Virus record (IMG/VR): IMGVR_UViG_3300035544_000029
Coordinates: 1 to 48,387 of that record
DNA length: 48,387 nucleotides
DNA from: a virus
Lineage: Duplodnaviria; Caudoviricetes
Reading direction: 5' to 3' (one strand)
Shown piece after piece: positions 9,734 through 18,071 of this stretch. The translations under genes and the position numbers were made by a program. Each line of letters opens with the position of its first letter. Position 1 is the stretch's first letter. The notes under the pieces are model-generated. The model was given only the letters and a program-made list of their open reading frames with translations, did no database searches and had not been told where the DNA came from.

Positions 9734-10036
9734 TTATACTATCCTTGTTAAAGCCTGGGCTTGTGATACCATATAATATTTATGACCCTCTAATTCAATC
9801 TCCGTGCAAGATTGTTTGGAAGCCACAATAGTTTCTCCCACCTGTACATCCATGGGGACAAATTCAATCTCTTCAAAGCCCCTGCGGATGACGATTCCGG
9901 GGCCAACGGCCACAACTTTACCCTTACAGAACCGGGTATTGGAAGTAGCTTCAGGAATAATAATACCTGTCTCTGTCTTTTTCTCTTCGCTCATCTTCTC
10001 AAAGATGATTACGTCATTTAATGGTTTGATGTTCAT
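9734..10036 (-). CDS. groES: co-chaperonin GroES
   Basis: MNIKPLND...KTETGIIIPE...GKVVAVGPG...VQVGE. Confidence 0.9.
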   Translation of the reverse strand: MNIKPLNDVIIFEKMSEEKKTETGIIIPEATSNTRFCKGKVVAVGPGIVIRRGFEEIEFVPMDVQVGETIVASKQSCTEIELEGHKYYMVSQAQALTRIV

Positions 10037-10038
10037 GT

Positions 10039-10311
10039 CTATTTGTTTACTGGTTCATATTTTTGTTCAAATTCATGTGGTCTTTCTGGATAATAAAACC
10101 CTTCACGTGTTAAGACTATATAATCTCCGGGTTCTGCTATTTGCCTACCAAACATTGTATCTATAACAATTCCGTGCCTCCCAGAGAATCCTCCTGGATG
10201 CCAGTCTGGTAGGCCATTCATCTTTAGAAACTTTTTTACATTTCTGAGAGAGACAACATCTGGGACTATCCATGCCTCAACGAACTTAGGGGTTTGCACA
10301 TACGTTGCCAT
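10039..10311 (-). CDS. hypothetical phage protein
   Basis: T..G...A.PGDYIV....G.YYP....FE..YE pattern. Confidence 0.7.
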   Translation of the reverse strand: MATYVQTPKFVEAWIVPDVVSLRNVKKFLKMNGLPDWHPGGFSGRHGIVIDTMFGRQIAEPGDYIVLTREGFYYPERPHEFEQKYEPVNK

Positions 10312-10323
10312 GTCTATTTATTT

Positions 10324-10650
10324 TTAGCGATTATCACCGCTTCCGTTTAACTTATTTCTCTCTTTACGCGAATTTAGCTTGTCAATGTTCATTTGGGCTA
10401 TGCGTTCCAACGGAAAGCCAAGGTCGTAAGCCAATGTGGCGCAATACCACATCACGTCTCCAAGCTCTTTGGCTATTTCTGCCCTTATCTGTGGAGTGAA
10501 TATTCCTCCATTGTCACGAATGACTTTTTTAACTTTGTCAGCAACCTCTCCTGCTTCTCCGGCCAATCCCAGGGTCGGGTAAATAACCTCATCTTTCTTG
10601 GGGTAGATTGCTGTCTCCAATGCTTTTGTCTGATAATCGTTTATTTCCAT
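10324..10650 (-). CDS. MazG-like NTP pyrophosphohydrolase
   Basis: LGLAGEAGEVADKVKK..RD...ELGDVMWY...NIDKL. Confidence 0.92.
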   Translation of the reverse strand: MEINDYQTKALETAIYPKKDEVIYPTLGLAGEAGEVADKVKKVIRDNGGIFTPQIRAEIAKELGDVMWYCATLAYDLGFPLERIAQMNIDKLNSRKERNKLNGSGDNR

Positions 10651-10763
10651 CTTGTCTCTGTTTTATTAAATAGTTTTTTATTCGTGTAAACAGATTGGTA
10701 AGCGTGTCTCGAACATCCGTGTATTCCTCGGTAGTTGTCGGAGTTTTTATTCGCACCTCCCAT

Positions 10764-11108
10764 TCAATGGTTTTGTGCATCTAAATATTCTTTATAATAA
10801 CGCAAATTCTGTAAGAACTGGATGTCGTCAGAAAGCACTTGAAGTAAATCATCTACTTGTCTTTGTACCCACCTAATAGGCTCTTCGTACCACTCTTTAG
10901 GCGTAACATCCCTAATGTTTGAAGATGCCAGCATTGACAATGAAGTCTTGGTAGTTGCGATGCTTTCTTCTGTTTCTTCGATTAGAGAGTCCAACTCGTA
11001 TTCGTTGTTTATTGTAACCCTCGACAAGAATATGTCTGCTGTAAAATCTATTCCGTACCCCATAATATTTCGTATTGTAATATGCAATATACTGTGTTTT
11101 GTACTCAC
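10764..11108 (-). CDS. hypothetical protein
   Basis: ORF track (likely start MGYGIDF). Confidence 0.55.
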   Translation of the reverse strand: MSTKHSILHITIRNIMGYGIDFTADIFLSRVTINNEYELDSLIEETEESIATTKTSLSMLASSNIRDVTPKEWYEEPIRWVQRQVDDLLQVLSDDIQFLQNLRYYKEYLDAQNH

Positions 11109-11115
11109 TCACAAG

Positions 11116-12096
11116 TTAATTATTCATAATTTTATAGGCTTCTGTAAACACTTTTTTGCGTTTCAATTCACTTAAAGTGTTGTCAACAACTTCCCCCCAT
11201 GAATCGTGGTCTATTTCTAACGGCTCTATGTCGCCAGTGGTTGGATTTAACCAAAGCAACGCCATTCTTTCTATGGAATAACCCTCGTACTGACTTAATA
11301 GCATATTGCCATAGATTCCTAATTGGAGGGAATATTCATACCATGGGCTGTGTGGGTAGTTTGAGAAAAGACCCTCTAAGTTGCCAAAGGGTCGCTTTAG
11401 CTTCGGGTTCTCCTTATTTGTTTTGTAATCAAGGATAACTATTGACTTTGTTCTGTGATTGATTAGAACAAGGTCTGACTGTCCGGCCATGCCGATGAAA
11501 GCATTAACAAGAACTGGCTCTGCAATAAACTCATACCCTAAGTCATAATAGGGCTGTAAGATGCCTTGCAAGTTGTCCAAATATGTAGCGATGATTGGGC
11601 GGGCCGGAGTTTTGCCGTACAAATATTTTATCGTAGCGTATATTTCGCTGTTTGGAACGTCATTGTTCTTAACTTTCATCTCACAGGCTGCATGGGCGGC
11701 TGTTCCGTAGTCCGTAGCTTGTTTGTTGTTTTTCTTCCATGCTGTGATGATTCTTTTGGCCCTCTTATCGACAGGAAGTATATCCCAATCTTTTTTGTTT
11801 AGGCAGTCACATTCGTAGCTTGGTTTTTGAGCGCAACGTGTAGCCATCTCATTCTCATTAAATGGGGGGACAAACAATCCCACGAAAGTTGTTACGGAAA
11901 TAAGAGGGGTTCGCACATCATTCTTCTCGATGAAGTAGAGGTGTGGTTCGTCTGCGTAGTAAACATTAAATCCTCGCCATATCGTGTGTTTGAACGGAGG
12001 GGCTACATCATTGTCATCGCAAGGCATTATTTCTATCTTGTCAACGAGAGGTTTTTGCTTAGCGAGTTTTTGTCCGAGTTTTTGTGCTATATCCAT
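11116..12096 (-). CDS. PD-(D/E)xK family exonuclease
   Basis: SVTT, GTAAH, AGQSDLV, DYKTN, YSLQL.IY motifs; start moved to MDIAQK because the upstream part overlaps a terminator and ncRNA region. Confidence 0.85.
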   Translation of the reverse strand: MDIAQKLGQKLAKQKPLVDKIEIMPCDDNDVAPPFKHTIWRGFNVYYADEPHLYFIEKNDVRTPLISVTTFVGLFVPPFNENEMATRCAQKPSYECDCLNKKDWDILPVDKRAKRIITAWKKNNKQATDYGTAAHAACEMKVKNNDVPNSEIYATIKYLYGKTPARPIIATYLDNLQGILQPYYDLGYEFIAEPVLVNAFIGMAGQSDLVLINHRTKSIVILDYKTNKENPKLKRPFGNLEGLFSNYPHSPWYEYSLQLGIYGNMLLSQYEGYSIERMALLWLNPTTGDIEPLEIDHDSWGEVVDNTLSELKRKKVFTEAYKIMNN

Positions 12097-12130
12097 AATA
12101 TATGTCGCAAATGTTTGCAATATTAGTGAC

Positions 12131-12159
12131 AAAAATCCCCCGGAATGATGCTCCGGGGG
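12131..12159 (-). terminator. intrinsic terminator after the tRNA cluster
   Basis: cccccgga...tccggggg stem followed by a U-run on the minus strand. Confidence 0.65.
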
Positions 12160-12374
12160 CTGAAGTCGCAGAACGGCTTCTTTACAACACCAACGCATGG
12201 TTGGGCTATTTTGTGCCCGTCTATTTCCAGGCTGCCACTCATAACCAAGCATAAGAGTAATGAACGGGAATTTCGCGAAACCATTGCTCGGCCTCATTTA
12301 ACCATTGGAGGATGGCTGCTTGGCCTTCACAGCTTTAGAGAGAAAGCTGGTCTTTATCCGAGACTTACAAATAA

Positions 12375-12462
12375 TGGTAGCGGGAGATGGAATCGAACAT
12401 ACACTTTCATTCGATGTCTCTAGGTTATGAGCCTAGAATGTTGCCAATTACACCACCCCGCA
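12375..12462 (-). tRNA. chimeric tRNA-Met(CAT)-like gene with an aberrant variable/T region
   Basis: GCGGGGTGGTGTAATTGGCAACATT-CTAGG-CTCATAA-CCTAG ... GTTCGATTCCATCTCCCGCTACCA; the 5' T-stem strand does not pair. Confidence 0.6.
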
Positions 12463-13208
12463 ATATATTTTTTTAATTTATAAAATTCTAATTCAACAAA
12501 TTCCTTGTTAAATTTACCTAAATCTTTAATAATATATGGTTCATAATCTAATTTGATTATTTCATTAATTTTTATCTTATCTCTATTTTGAACTTGTTTT
12601 AAAGAATGTTTCTTAGTTATTTGTTTATAATGCCAAATACCATTCCATAAAACAGCTAATTTATAATCATCGATGATTATGTCAGCATCCCATTCATTAA
12701 ACATCTTTTTATTAAAATAAACTACTTTAAATTCTTTTTCACATAATTCAGCAAAATATATTTCATTTTTACTACGTTTATTTTGTGATTGTGCTGATGC
12801 TAATCCACCACTTCTTTCATGACCTTTTAAAGGTAAATTATATTTTGTTGCACATGATTTAGAACAAAATCTTTGTTTCGTTTTTTTCTGTTTAAAAACC
12901 AAACCACAAAAATCACAATTAATTTCACGTGTTTTACTAAATTTCTTTGATAAAAGAAATTTATTCTGCTCACTCATTACTCTTTTATTAGAACAACTAC
13001 GTGAACAATAATATTTCTCTTTCTTTGGAAAGAGTTTTTCACGTTCATTAATAATTATTTCTTCACCACAAGCATTACAATTAACCTTGAAATCTTTATA
13101 TTGACCATACTTCTTATTATTCCTAATTTTACTCTGATGTTTGTTTTGACAACTAATACTACAATATTTATTAGTTACATCATTACCACAAAATAAGCAT
13201 TTATTCAT
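12420..13208 (-). CDS. Zn-finger repeat + Vsr/EDxHD-like putative homing endonuclease
   Basis: three CxxC...Y/FCSxSC repeats, then SKNE...DADIII...LWNGIWH...RDKIK; very AT-rich. Confidence 0.7.
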   Translation of the reverse strand: MNKCLFCGNDVTNKYCSISCQNKHQSKIRNNKKYGQYKDFKVNCNACGEEIIINEREKLFPKKEKYYCSRSCSNKRVMSEQNKFLLSKKFSKTREINCDFCGLVFKQKKTKQRFCSKSCATKYNLPLKGHERSGGLASAQSQNKRSKNEIYFAELCEKEFKVVYFNKKMFNEWDADIIIDDYKLAVLWNGIWHYKQITKKHSLKQVQNRDKIKINEIIKLDYEPYIIKDLGKFNKEFVELEFYKLKKYIAGWCNWQHSRLIT

Positions 13209-13244
13209 AATATTCAAATTTATTATAAATACTACGATATATTT

Positions 13245-13305
13245 AATCGAACCATCATACTCCTTCTTACGAGACAGGGCTGTAACCAACTTCAGCTATC
13301 CCGCT
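13245..13305 (-). pseudogene. 5' part of an interrupted tRNA (anticodon loop CT-CGT-AA)
   Basis: AGCGGGA-TA-GCTG..CAGC...GATGG-TTCGATT; pairs perfectly with CCATC-TCCCGCT-ACCA at 12375-12390. Confidence 0.75.
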
Positions 13306-13377
13306 TGGTCGGGGTTTTTGTCAATCTCTCTGAGTGTTCCCCGTGACCCTCAGTTCATCCGGGCGCTACCCGTCATC

Positions 13378-13454
13378 CGCTCCCCAACCCGGACTCGAAC
13401 CGGGATTTCTCACATCTCGTGTAAGCATCTCTTCCAAATTGAGTTATTGGGGTG
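13378..13454 (-). pseudogene. tRNA-like pseudogene
   Basis: CCCCAA/TTGGGG acceptor and perfect CCCGG-TTCGAGT-CCGGG T-arm; non-canonical anticodon loop. Confidence 0.55.
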
Positions 13455-13456
13455 TT

Positions 13457-13516
13457 TGCCCCGCAAGGAGTCCAACCTCGCCTTGGATGATGTGCATTCT
13501 CAATCATCGGGGCTGT
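13457..13516 (-). pseudogene. truncated tRNA-like element
   Basis: GCCCCG/CGGGGC acceptor and CGAGG-TTGGACT-CCTTG T-like arm; no D arm. Confidence 0.35.
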
Positions 13517-13609
13517 GCTTTTGTTTTCTATGTTCTGTTCTTATTCACCCAACAGAATCATTTAGAACAAAGTTAATGTTTTTGACCCTCTAATCAAAGC
13601 CAATAATGT

Positions 13610-13825
13610 TTAATTCTTGTTATTTTTTGCGAATTTATCAGGGATAGTAATTCCTAACGCCAGGGTTATTAGCCCCACAATTACTCGCAAGACCTCCGGG
13701 TCTTTGTCATCAATGACGGCATAGATGAATAGAGCAAACGCCACAATGGCAATGTGCCGCTTTGATGATGGATTGCCGTCAGCATCCAATAGCATCCCCT
13801 TAATCCAATTTAATAATCCTCGCAT
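13610..13825 (-). CDS. small two-TM membrane protein (holin-like)
   Basis: G.PSSKR followed by two hydrophobic helices. Confidence 0.6.
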   Translation of the reverse strand: MRGLLNWIKGMLLDADGNPSSKRHIAIVAFALFIYAVIDDKDPEVLRVIVGLITLALGITIPDKFAKNNKN

Positions 13826-14310
13826 ACCTTTTTAATTATTGTTTGTACTTGACCCTCCAAGTGGCCCATATCTCTGTGATTCAATATTACATTGTCGAAC
13901 ATACATCCGTACTTGTAGTCTTTGTCTCTGTCAAATCTCTCGGGTGTTGTTCGTTGCTTTCGCTCTTCCGTGGGAGCCAACACCAATACTTTTGTCACTT
14001 CAAACCGAGGGTCTTCCATTAACATCTTCAATCCCACTTCATCAATAACGTAGGAATAGCATGGCTTGTTTCCGAAAATAACACCACAATATTTGTACCC
14101 TCCATATACTGTTTCAGCAATTTTACCCTCTATCTTACCAAAGGCTTCTTCGCTAACAAACACATGATGTGTGTCATTTTCGTCTCTTTTAGGACGTGTC
14201 GTATGAGAAGTTACTGGCGGAATCCCATGCTTTTTTAGAATATCTGCAATGGTTGATTTCCCAGATCCACTCTTCCCAATGATGGCTATTATTTTTATTT
14301 TTTTACTCAT
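13810..14310 (-). CDS. guanylate-kinase-like P-loop kinase
   Basis: IIGKSGSGKST, SHTTRPKR..E, FVS. Confidence 0.85.
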   Translation of the reverse strand: MSKKIKIIAIIGKSGSGKSTIADILKKHGIPPVTSHTTRPKRDENDTHHVFVSEEAFGKIEGKIAETVYGGYKYCGVIFGNKPCYSYVIDEVGLKMLMEDPRFEVTKVLVLAPTEERKQRTTPERFDRDKDYKYGCMFDNVILNHRDMGHLEGQVQTIIKKVCEDY

Positions 14311-14567
14311 TGTCAATAACAAATTTAACTCCAAAAATTTCTTTGATAGTCCTATGCTTCTTAACGCCATTGTAACTCATATTGTGCTTAATGGCATATT
14401 ATGGTATTGTTTGCAGGTTCAAATAACCTCCGGCACGTTCAATGAATTGAACTAAAAAGCCATTTGGATGGTCGCTTTGCATCACATATTTATGCAAGTT
14501 CAATTCAAGTTTTCTCTCAAACTCCTTATATGTAAGGCTTTCCATATGGTTCAATTTATTGAATTAA

Positions 14568-14582
14568 TGTTACAATTACGTT
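14568..14582 (+). repeat. putative cassette insertion target, copy 1
   Basis: TGTTACAATTACGTT, identical to 17237-17251, at the left border of a cassette array. Confidence 0.65.
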
Positions 14583-14601
14583 GTGTTGCATTAAAAACGA
14601 C

Positions 14602-15018
14602 AACACAACACGCAATATAGCAAATACTACGTGCGTGTGTCGTTTCAGCGTCAGTGCTTATTCGGAGCAAAATGCCCCCACCGCACAATTAAACAGGCGT
14701 AATGTCAAGGTAATACTCTTTACCTTCTTCAAACGCATTGCTGGCCTCAGTTTCATAGCTAATTGTTAGCGACAAACTACCAGCGGGGGTAAACTTTGAA
14801 AAGGATTTATTTTCATCACTGCCTTCCAAAACAGGTGAAAATTCAACTTCCTTTTGTTCAAATTCTGGGGAATCTGTAATTCCCACACATTCAAATTTAG
14901 CTCTAACTTTACTCATAATAAAAAGGGTTTTACAAAGCCCGCCCAAGGCATTTTTTGTTCTGTCGTTGTTTGTTAGTTAATTTTTTGCCGTACGTGCCAT
15001 ATTGCTTACACGTTATAG
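14602..15018 (+). repeat. attC-like hairpin C with a whole gene in its loop
   Basis: ACACAAC-ac-gcaatatagca...tac / gta.gtgccatattgc-ttacac-GTTATAG; the start gttgtgttg (14580) complements caacacaac. Confidence 0.7.
14689..14916 (-). CDS. conserved small phage protein (cassette-borne)
   Basis: MSKVRAKF.C...EN..F.K.TP.G...F..GKEYYLD. Confidence 0.75.
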   Translation of the reverse strand: MSKVRAKFECVGITDSPEFEQKEVEFSPVLEGSDENKSFSKFTPAGSLSLTISYETEASNAFEEGKEYYLDITPV

Positions 15019-15034
15019 TGCATTTGCCCACGCA

Positions 15035-15301
15035 CTACGGAAGTTCAATATAGAAACCCCCACGCTCAACCATCACTTCCATTCCTGCAATCTCTTCTTT
15101 GTCATAACCTTCCTCAATCAATTCCGACTTAGTTCTTAATTCACATGGGTCGTCATCACCTGTCCAAATCAAATGACTGTTACTAATTTTGGCATCACCC
15201 AGCCCGCTCAATGTTTTATTACTTGCAACCACTATTAAATCTTGGTTTAATTGCTCTTTACTCATTTTGTCGAGCTTCTTTTTTAAGTCTTTAAGTTTCA
15301 T
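15035..15301 (-). CDS. hypothetical protein (cassette-borne)
   Basis: single ORF between GTTATAG (15012) and CTATAAC (15337). Confidence 0.65.
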   Translation of the reverse strand: MKLKDLKKKLDKMSKEQLNQDLIVVASNKTLSGLGDAKISNSHLIWTGDDDPCELRTKSELIEEGYDKEEIAGMEVMVERGGFYIELP

Positions 15302-15336
15302 CTTTTACTGTTTTAATGCCTACCCGCAAAAACGCA

Positions 15337-15468
15337 CTATAACATGCGGTCATAAAAAATTGCGGTGTAAGCGGTTAATATTTAATTTTCTACATTTATT
15401 CAAGTTCATTGGTTAGCGGAAAGTCGTGCAGTTAAATCCGCAACTTTTCATACCGCCAGCCGTTACCC
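15337..15468 (+). repeat. attC-like hairpin D
   Basis: CTATAAC-at-gcggtcataaaaaattgcgg ... ccgcaacttttcataccgc-cagcc-GTT; gcactataac complements the cassette start gttatagtgc. Confidence 0.85.
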
Positions 15469-15872
15469 ATACTCTTAATGCTCTCATCAGGAAGCCATAT
15501 TTCTCGATAGGGCTTTTTAACATACTCTTCTAATGGGTATATTTTATCATTTGCTTTGAAGCATTTATGGGTATGACCCTCTATGTCTATCACGTTGCAA
15601 TGGTTTTTCAGGTTGCAAGCAGACATAAATCTCATCCAATGAATCCTGTCTATACCAGGATTTCCAAATGATTTCAGCCCTAAAGCCTCCTGAGTCTCCA
15701 TGTTTCTCTGTAAATCATCAGCAATAAATTGCTTTTGATCATCACTCCACCTCTCCCAATATGCCTCCACCAACTGTGATGGAAGCATAGCGGAAGAGAT
15801 GGTTTGTCTGTTCATGGCATACCTAATAGCCATAATACAGGTTTCCCATTCTATTTCTGTGAGTGGTTTCAT
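15432..15872 (-). CDS. hypothetical protein; C-terminus supplied by hairpin D
   Basis: MAIRYAM.RQT...W motif; last codons (NGWRYEKLRI) read through the attC-like arm. Confidence 0.7.
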   Translation of the reverse strand: MKPLTEIEWETCIMAIRYAMNRQTISSAMLPSQLVEAYWERWSDDQKQFIADDLQRNMETQEALGLKSFGNPGIDRIHWMRFMSACNLKNHCNVIDIEGHTHKCFKANDKIYPLEEYVKKPYREIWLPDESIKSMGNGWRYEKLRI

Positions 15873-16120
15873 AATACAGCTACTACGTTTTCGTACAGCA
15901 CCAGAGACGTTCCGTCCTCCAATGGCACTTCCGTGTTTTGCTTATACAGGATGTGGTCTCCGGCTTCCAAGTTAATAGGATGTTTGGGCGTTCCTTTACC
16001 TGTGCGTAACACTTTACCAATGGACGGCTTTATGTTTTCAGCGTTTGGCAGGAATATTCCTGCTTTAGTAGTCTTATCGACTTTTTTCTCAATGATGATT
16101 TTATTTAATATTGGCTCCAT
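15869..16120 (-). CDS. groES: GroES-like co-chaperonin (second copy)
   Basis: KTTKAGIFLP...GKVLRTGKG...GDHILY. Confidence 0.8.
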   Translation of the reverse strand: MEPILNKIIIEKKVDKTTKAGIFLPNAENIKPSIGKVLRTGKGTPKHPINLEAGDHILYKQNTEVPLEDGTSLVLYENVVAVL

Positions 16121-16123
16121 AGC

Positions 16124-17203
16124 TTAATTATTTATCATTAATGGCATAATAAGAGATGTCATATTGTCTTCTCCTTGGATAATGGCCGCACGCGAGGGTT
16201 CTGACATCTTAAATGTTACTTCCTTGCTGTTTATGTTCCTCAATAGCCCGGCCAAAAATATTCCGTTAAAACCAATGGTTATATTGGCATGACCCTCGTA
16301 TGTCATTTTCTCTTCCCCTGAACGGCCAAATTCTATGTCGGAAGCCGTAATGACAAGATTATTGTTTTGAAACGACATATTAACCACATGGGAAATATTG
16401 GACACGCTTACAATCCTGGATAGGATGGCTTGAAGAGTATTTTTGTCTAACTTGGCTTCTTGGCTGAACTCGGTTGGAACAACAGACCTATAAGCAGGAT
16501 AATGACCCTCTTGCTTAACTTGAACAATGCGTTTGTTACTTGATTCTAACACTACTAAACCGCTATTGCTTTTGACTGTTATTTCAGACCCTCCCATTGA
16601 CGGAATGTGAGAAGCAACGTCCAAGGACAGCAATAGGCTTACATTTTCTTTGGGTTGACCCTCAATGTGTTCCGTCATTACCAATCTGTGACTGTCTGTA
16701 CCAACAAATGTAATGTTGTCCTGCTGAATATCCATATTGACAGAACTGAATACTGGCCGGAGGTCATCAGGCACGATAACACTCTTGGCGGCATTAACAG
16801 CGGAGATAAACTCTTCTCCTGTAAATGTCACAACCTCTTCGCAATCAGAGCTGTCGTAGTTTGGATAGTCCTTTGGGTCTTCCATAGCAATCTCATACTT
16901 TCCGTTTGAGTGTTTTACAATTAGCCTGTGCTTAATGAAGTCGGGAGTAATGTCAAGATTGCCTGATAGCTTTCCGATAAGGTTCTTGAAGTCCTGCCCC
17001 GATACGGCAAAGCTAATATCCTGACTCGAATCCACGGAGAGTGACGTGTAGAAGCCTGTCTCTTGGTTAATGCCCCTCATATACATAACATTGTTTTTAA
17101 CGTCACATACAATATTGGCATGAGCCGGAATGATTGTCTTTGATTTGATTCCTCTGGCGCAAAATGTTAGCGCATAATTTAGTTCTGATTGTTCTACATT
17201 CAT
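16124..17203 (-). CDS. dnaN: DNA polymerase III beta subunit (sliding clamp)
   Basis: 359 aa; RPVF, GTDSHRL, G.YP.Y..V.P, IGFN..FL, LIMP. Confidence 0.92.
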   Translation of the reverse strand: MNVEQSELNYALTFCARGIKSKTIIPAHANIVCDVKNNVMYMRGINQETGFYTSLSVDSSQDISFAVSGQDFKNLIGKLSGNLDITPDFIKHRLIVKHSNGKYEIAMEDPKDYPNYDSSDCEEVVTFTGEEFISAVNAAKSVIVPDDLRPVFSSVNMDIQQDNITFVGTDSHRLVMTEHIEGQPKENVSLLLSLDVASHIPSMGGSEITVKSNSGLVVLESSNKRIVQVKQEGHYPAYRSVVPTEFSQEAKLDKNTLQAILSRIVSVSNISHVVNMSFQNNNLVITASDIEFGRSGEEKMTYEGHANITIGFNGIFLAGLLRNINSKEVTFKMSEPSRAAIIQGEDNMTSLIMPLMINN

Positions 17204-17236
17204 GTGATAAAAGATTAGTTTATTTTTTTAAAGTGC

Positions 17237-17251
17237 TGTTACAATTACGTT
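17237..17251 (+). repeat. putative cassette insertion target, copy 2
   Basis: TGTTACAATTACGTT, identical to 14568-14582. Confidence 0.65.
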
Positions 17252-18071
17252 AGTGGCAATGCTTACCGAACACTCGACCAACAGCCAACTCATAGTATTT
17301 TACCTCTTTTTCAATCCCAATAAAATGACGGTTCAACTCCTTTGCTCCTAAACAAGTTGTGCCTACTCCCATTGTGTTATCCAAAATCATATCATTTTCG
17401 TTTGAGTACGTGGATATAAGGTATTTTACAAGTTCCAAAGGTTTTTGAGTAGGGTGTATTGGCTTTGGTTCATTATTAAAATTTAAAACAGTGGTAGGAT
17501 AGTTTGTATATTTTTGCAAATACTCTTTTGATTGTGATTTTCTATAATAATTATGCCCTTCAAAATCAGCACTACATTTATTTTTATCTCCATGCCTTGT
17601 TTTATTTATTTCTATTAAACCTTGCGGATTGTAAAGCATAATATTTTCATTCCCTGCCGCAGTAATAAATTTTGAAAAAACGGATATATTTTCATTTTGA
17701 TTTAATGGTCTATTTTTTGAATTTAAAAATCCAGTTTTTCTACTTTTTACCCAAATCCAGTCATACTTATACCATTCTAAATTACTTATTCTTAACATTG
17801 TAGAAAAAGGCTCTGCTCCAAATAAAACAACAGCACCATTATCTTTTATAATACGTTTATATTGTTCCCAAAGTGGCTCTAATGGTATTATACTATCCCA
17901 TTTGCAAGCAGTTGTACCATAAGGCAAATCTGCCAAAATTAACTGAACCGATTTATCAGGAATAAGAGGTAAAATATCCATACAATCAGCATTGAACAAA
18001 GCACTGCCACTAACATCGGCTATATGCAATAGCGGGTTCGGTGCGTTATTCAACATTTGTTCTACTATCAT
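17250..18071 (-). CDS. N6A/N4C DNA methyltransferase (beta class), cassette-borne
   Basis: DLPYG, HPTQKP, LDNTMGVGTT, FIGIE; N-terminus encoded within hairpin E; stop codon lies in the GTTA core. Confidence 0.92.
   Translation of the reverse strand: MIVEQMLNNAPNPLLHIADVSGSALFNADCMDILPLIPDKSVQLILADLPYGTTACKWDSIIPLEPLWEQYKRIIKDNGAVVLFGAEPFSTMLRISNLEWYKYDWIWVKSRKTGFLNSKNRPLNQNENISVFSKFITAAGNENIMLYNPQGLIEINKTRHGDKNKCSADFEGHNYYRKSQSKEYLQKYTNYPTTVLNFNNEPKPIHPTQKPLELVKYLISTYSNENDMILDNTMGVGTTCLGAKELNRHFIGIEKEVKYYELAVGRVFGKHCH

Noticed and set aside
12097-12297. N-terminal extension of the 393-aa nuclease ORF
   Set aside because: It overlaps a terminator and structured RNA-like DNA; the downstream start MDIAQK is more plausible.
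12325-12350. Amber suppressor tRNA (CTCTAAA loop on the minus strand)
   Set aside because: The flanking stem register does not give a 7-nt anticodon loop, and there are no D or T arms.
12399-13252. Group I intron in the tRNA
   Set aside because: The insertion is in the T-loop with a direct repeat, is almost fully coding, and shows no recognisable P/Q/R/S core.
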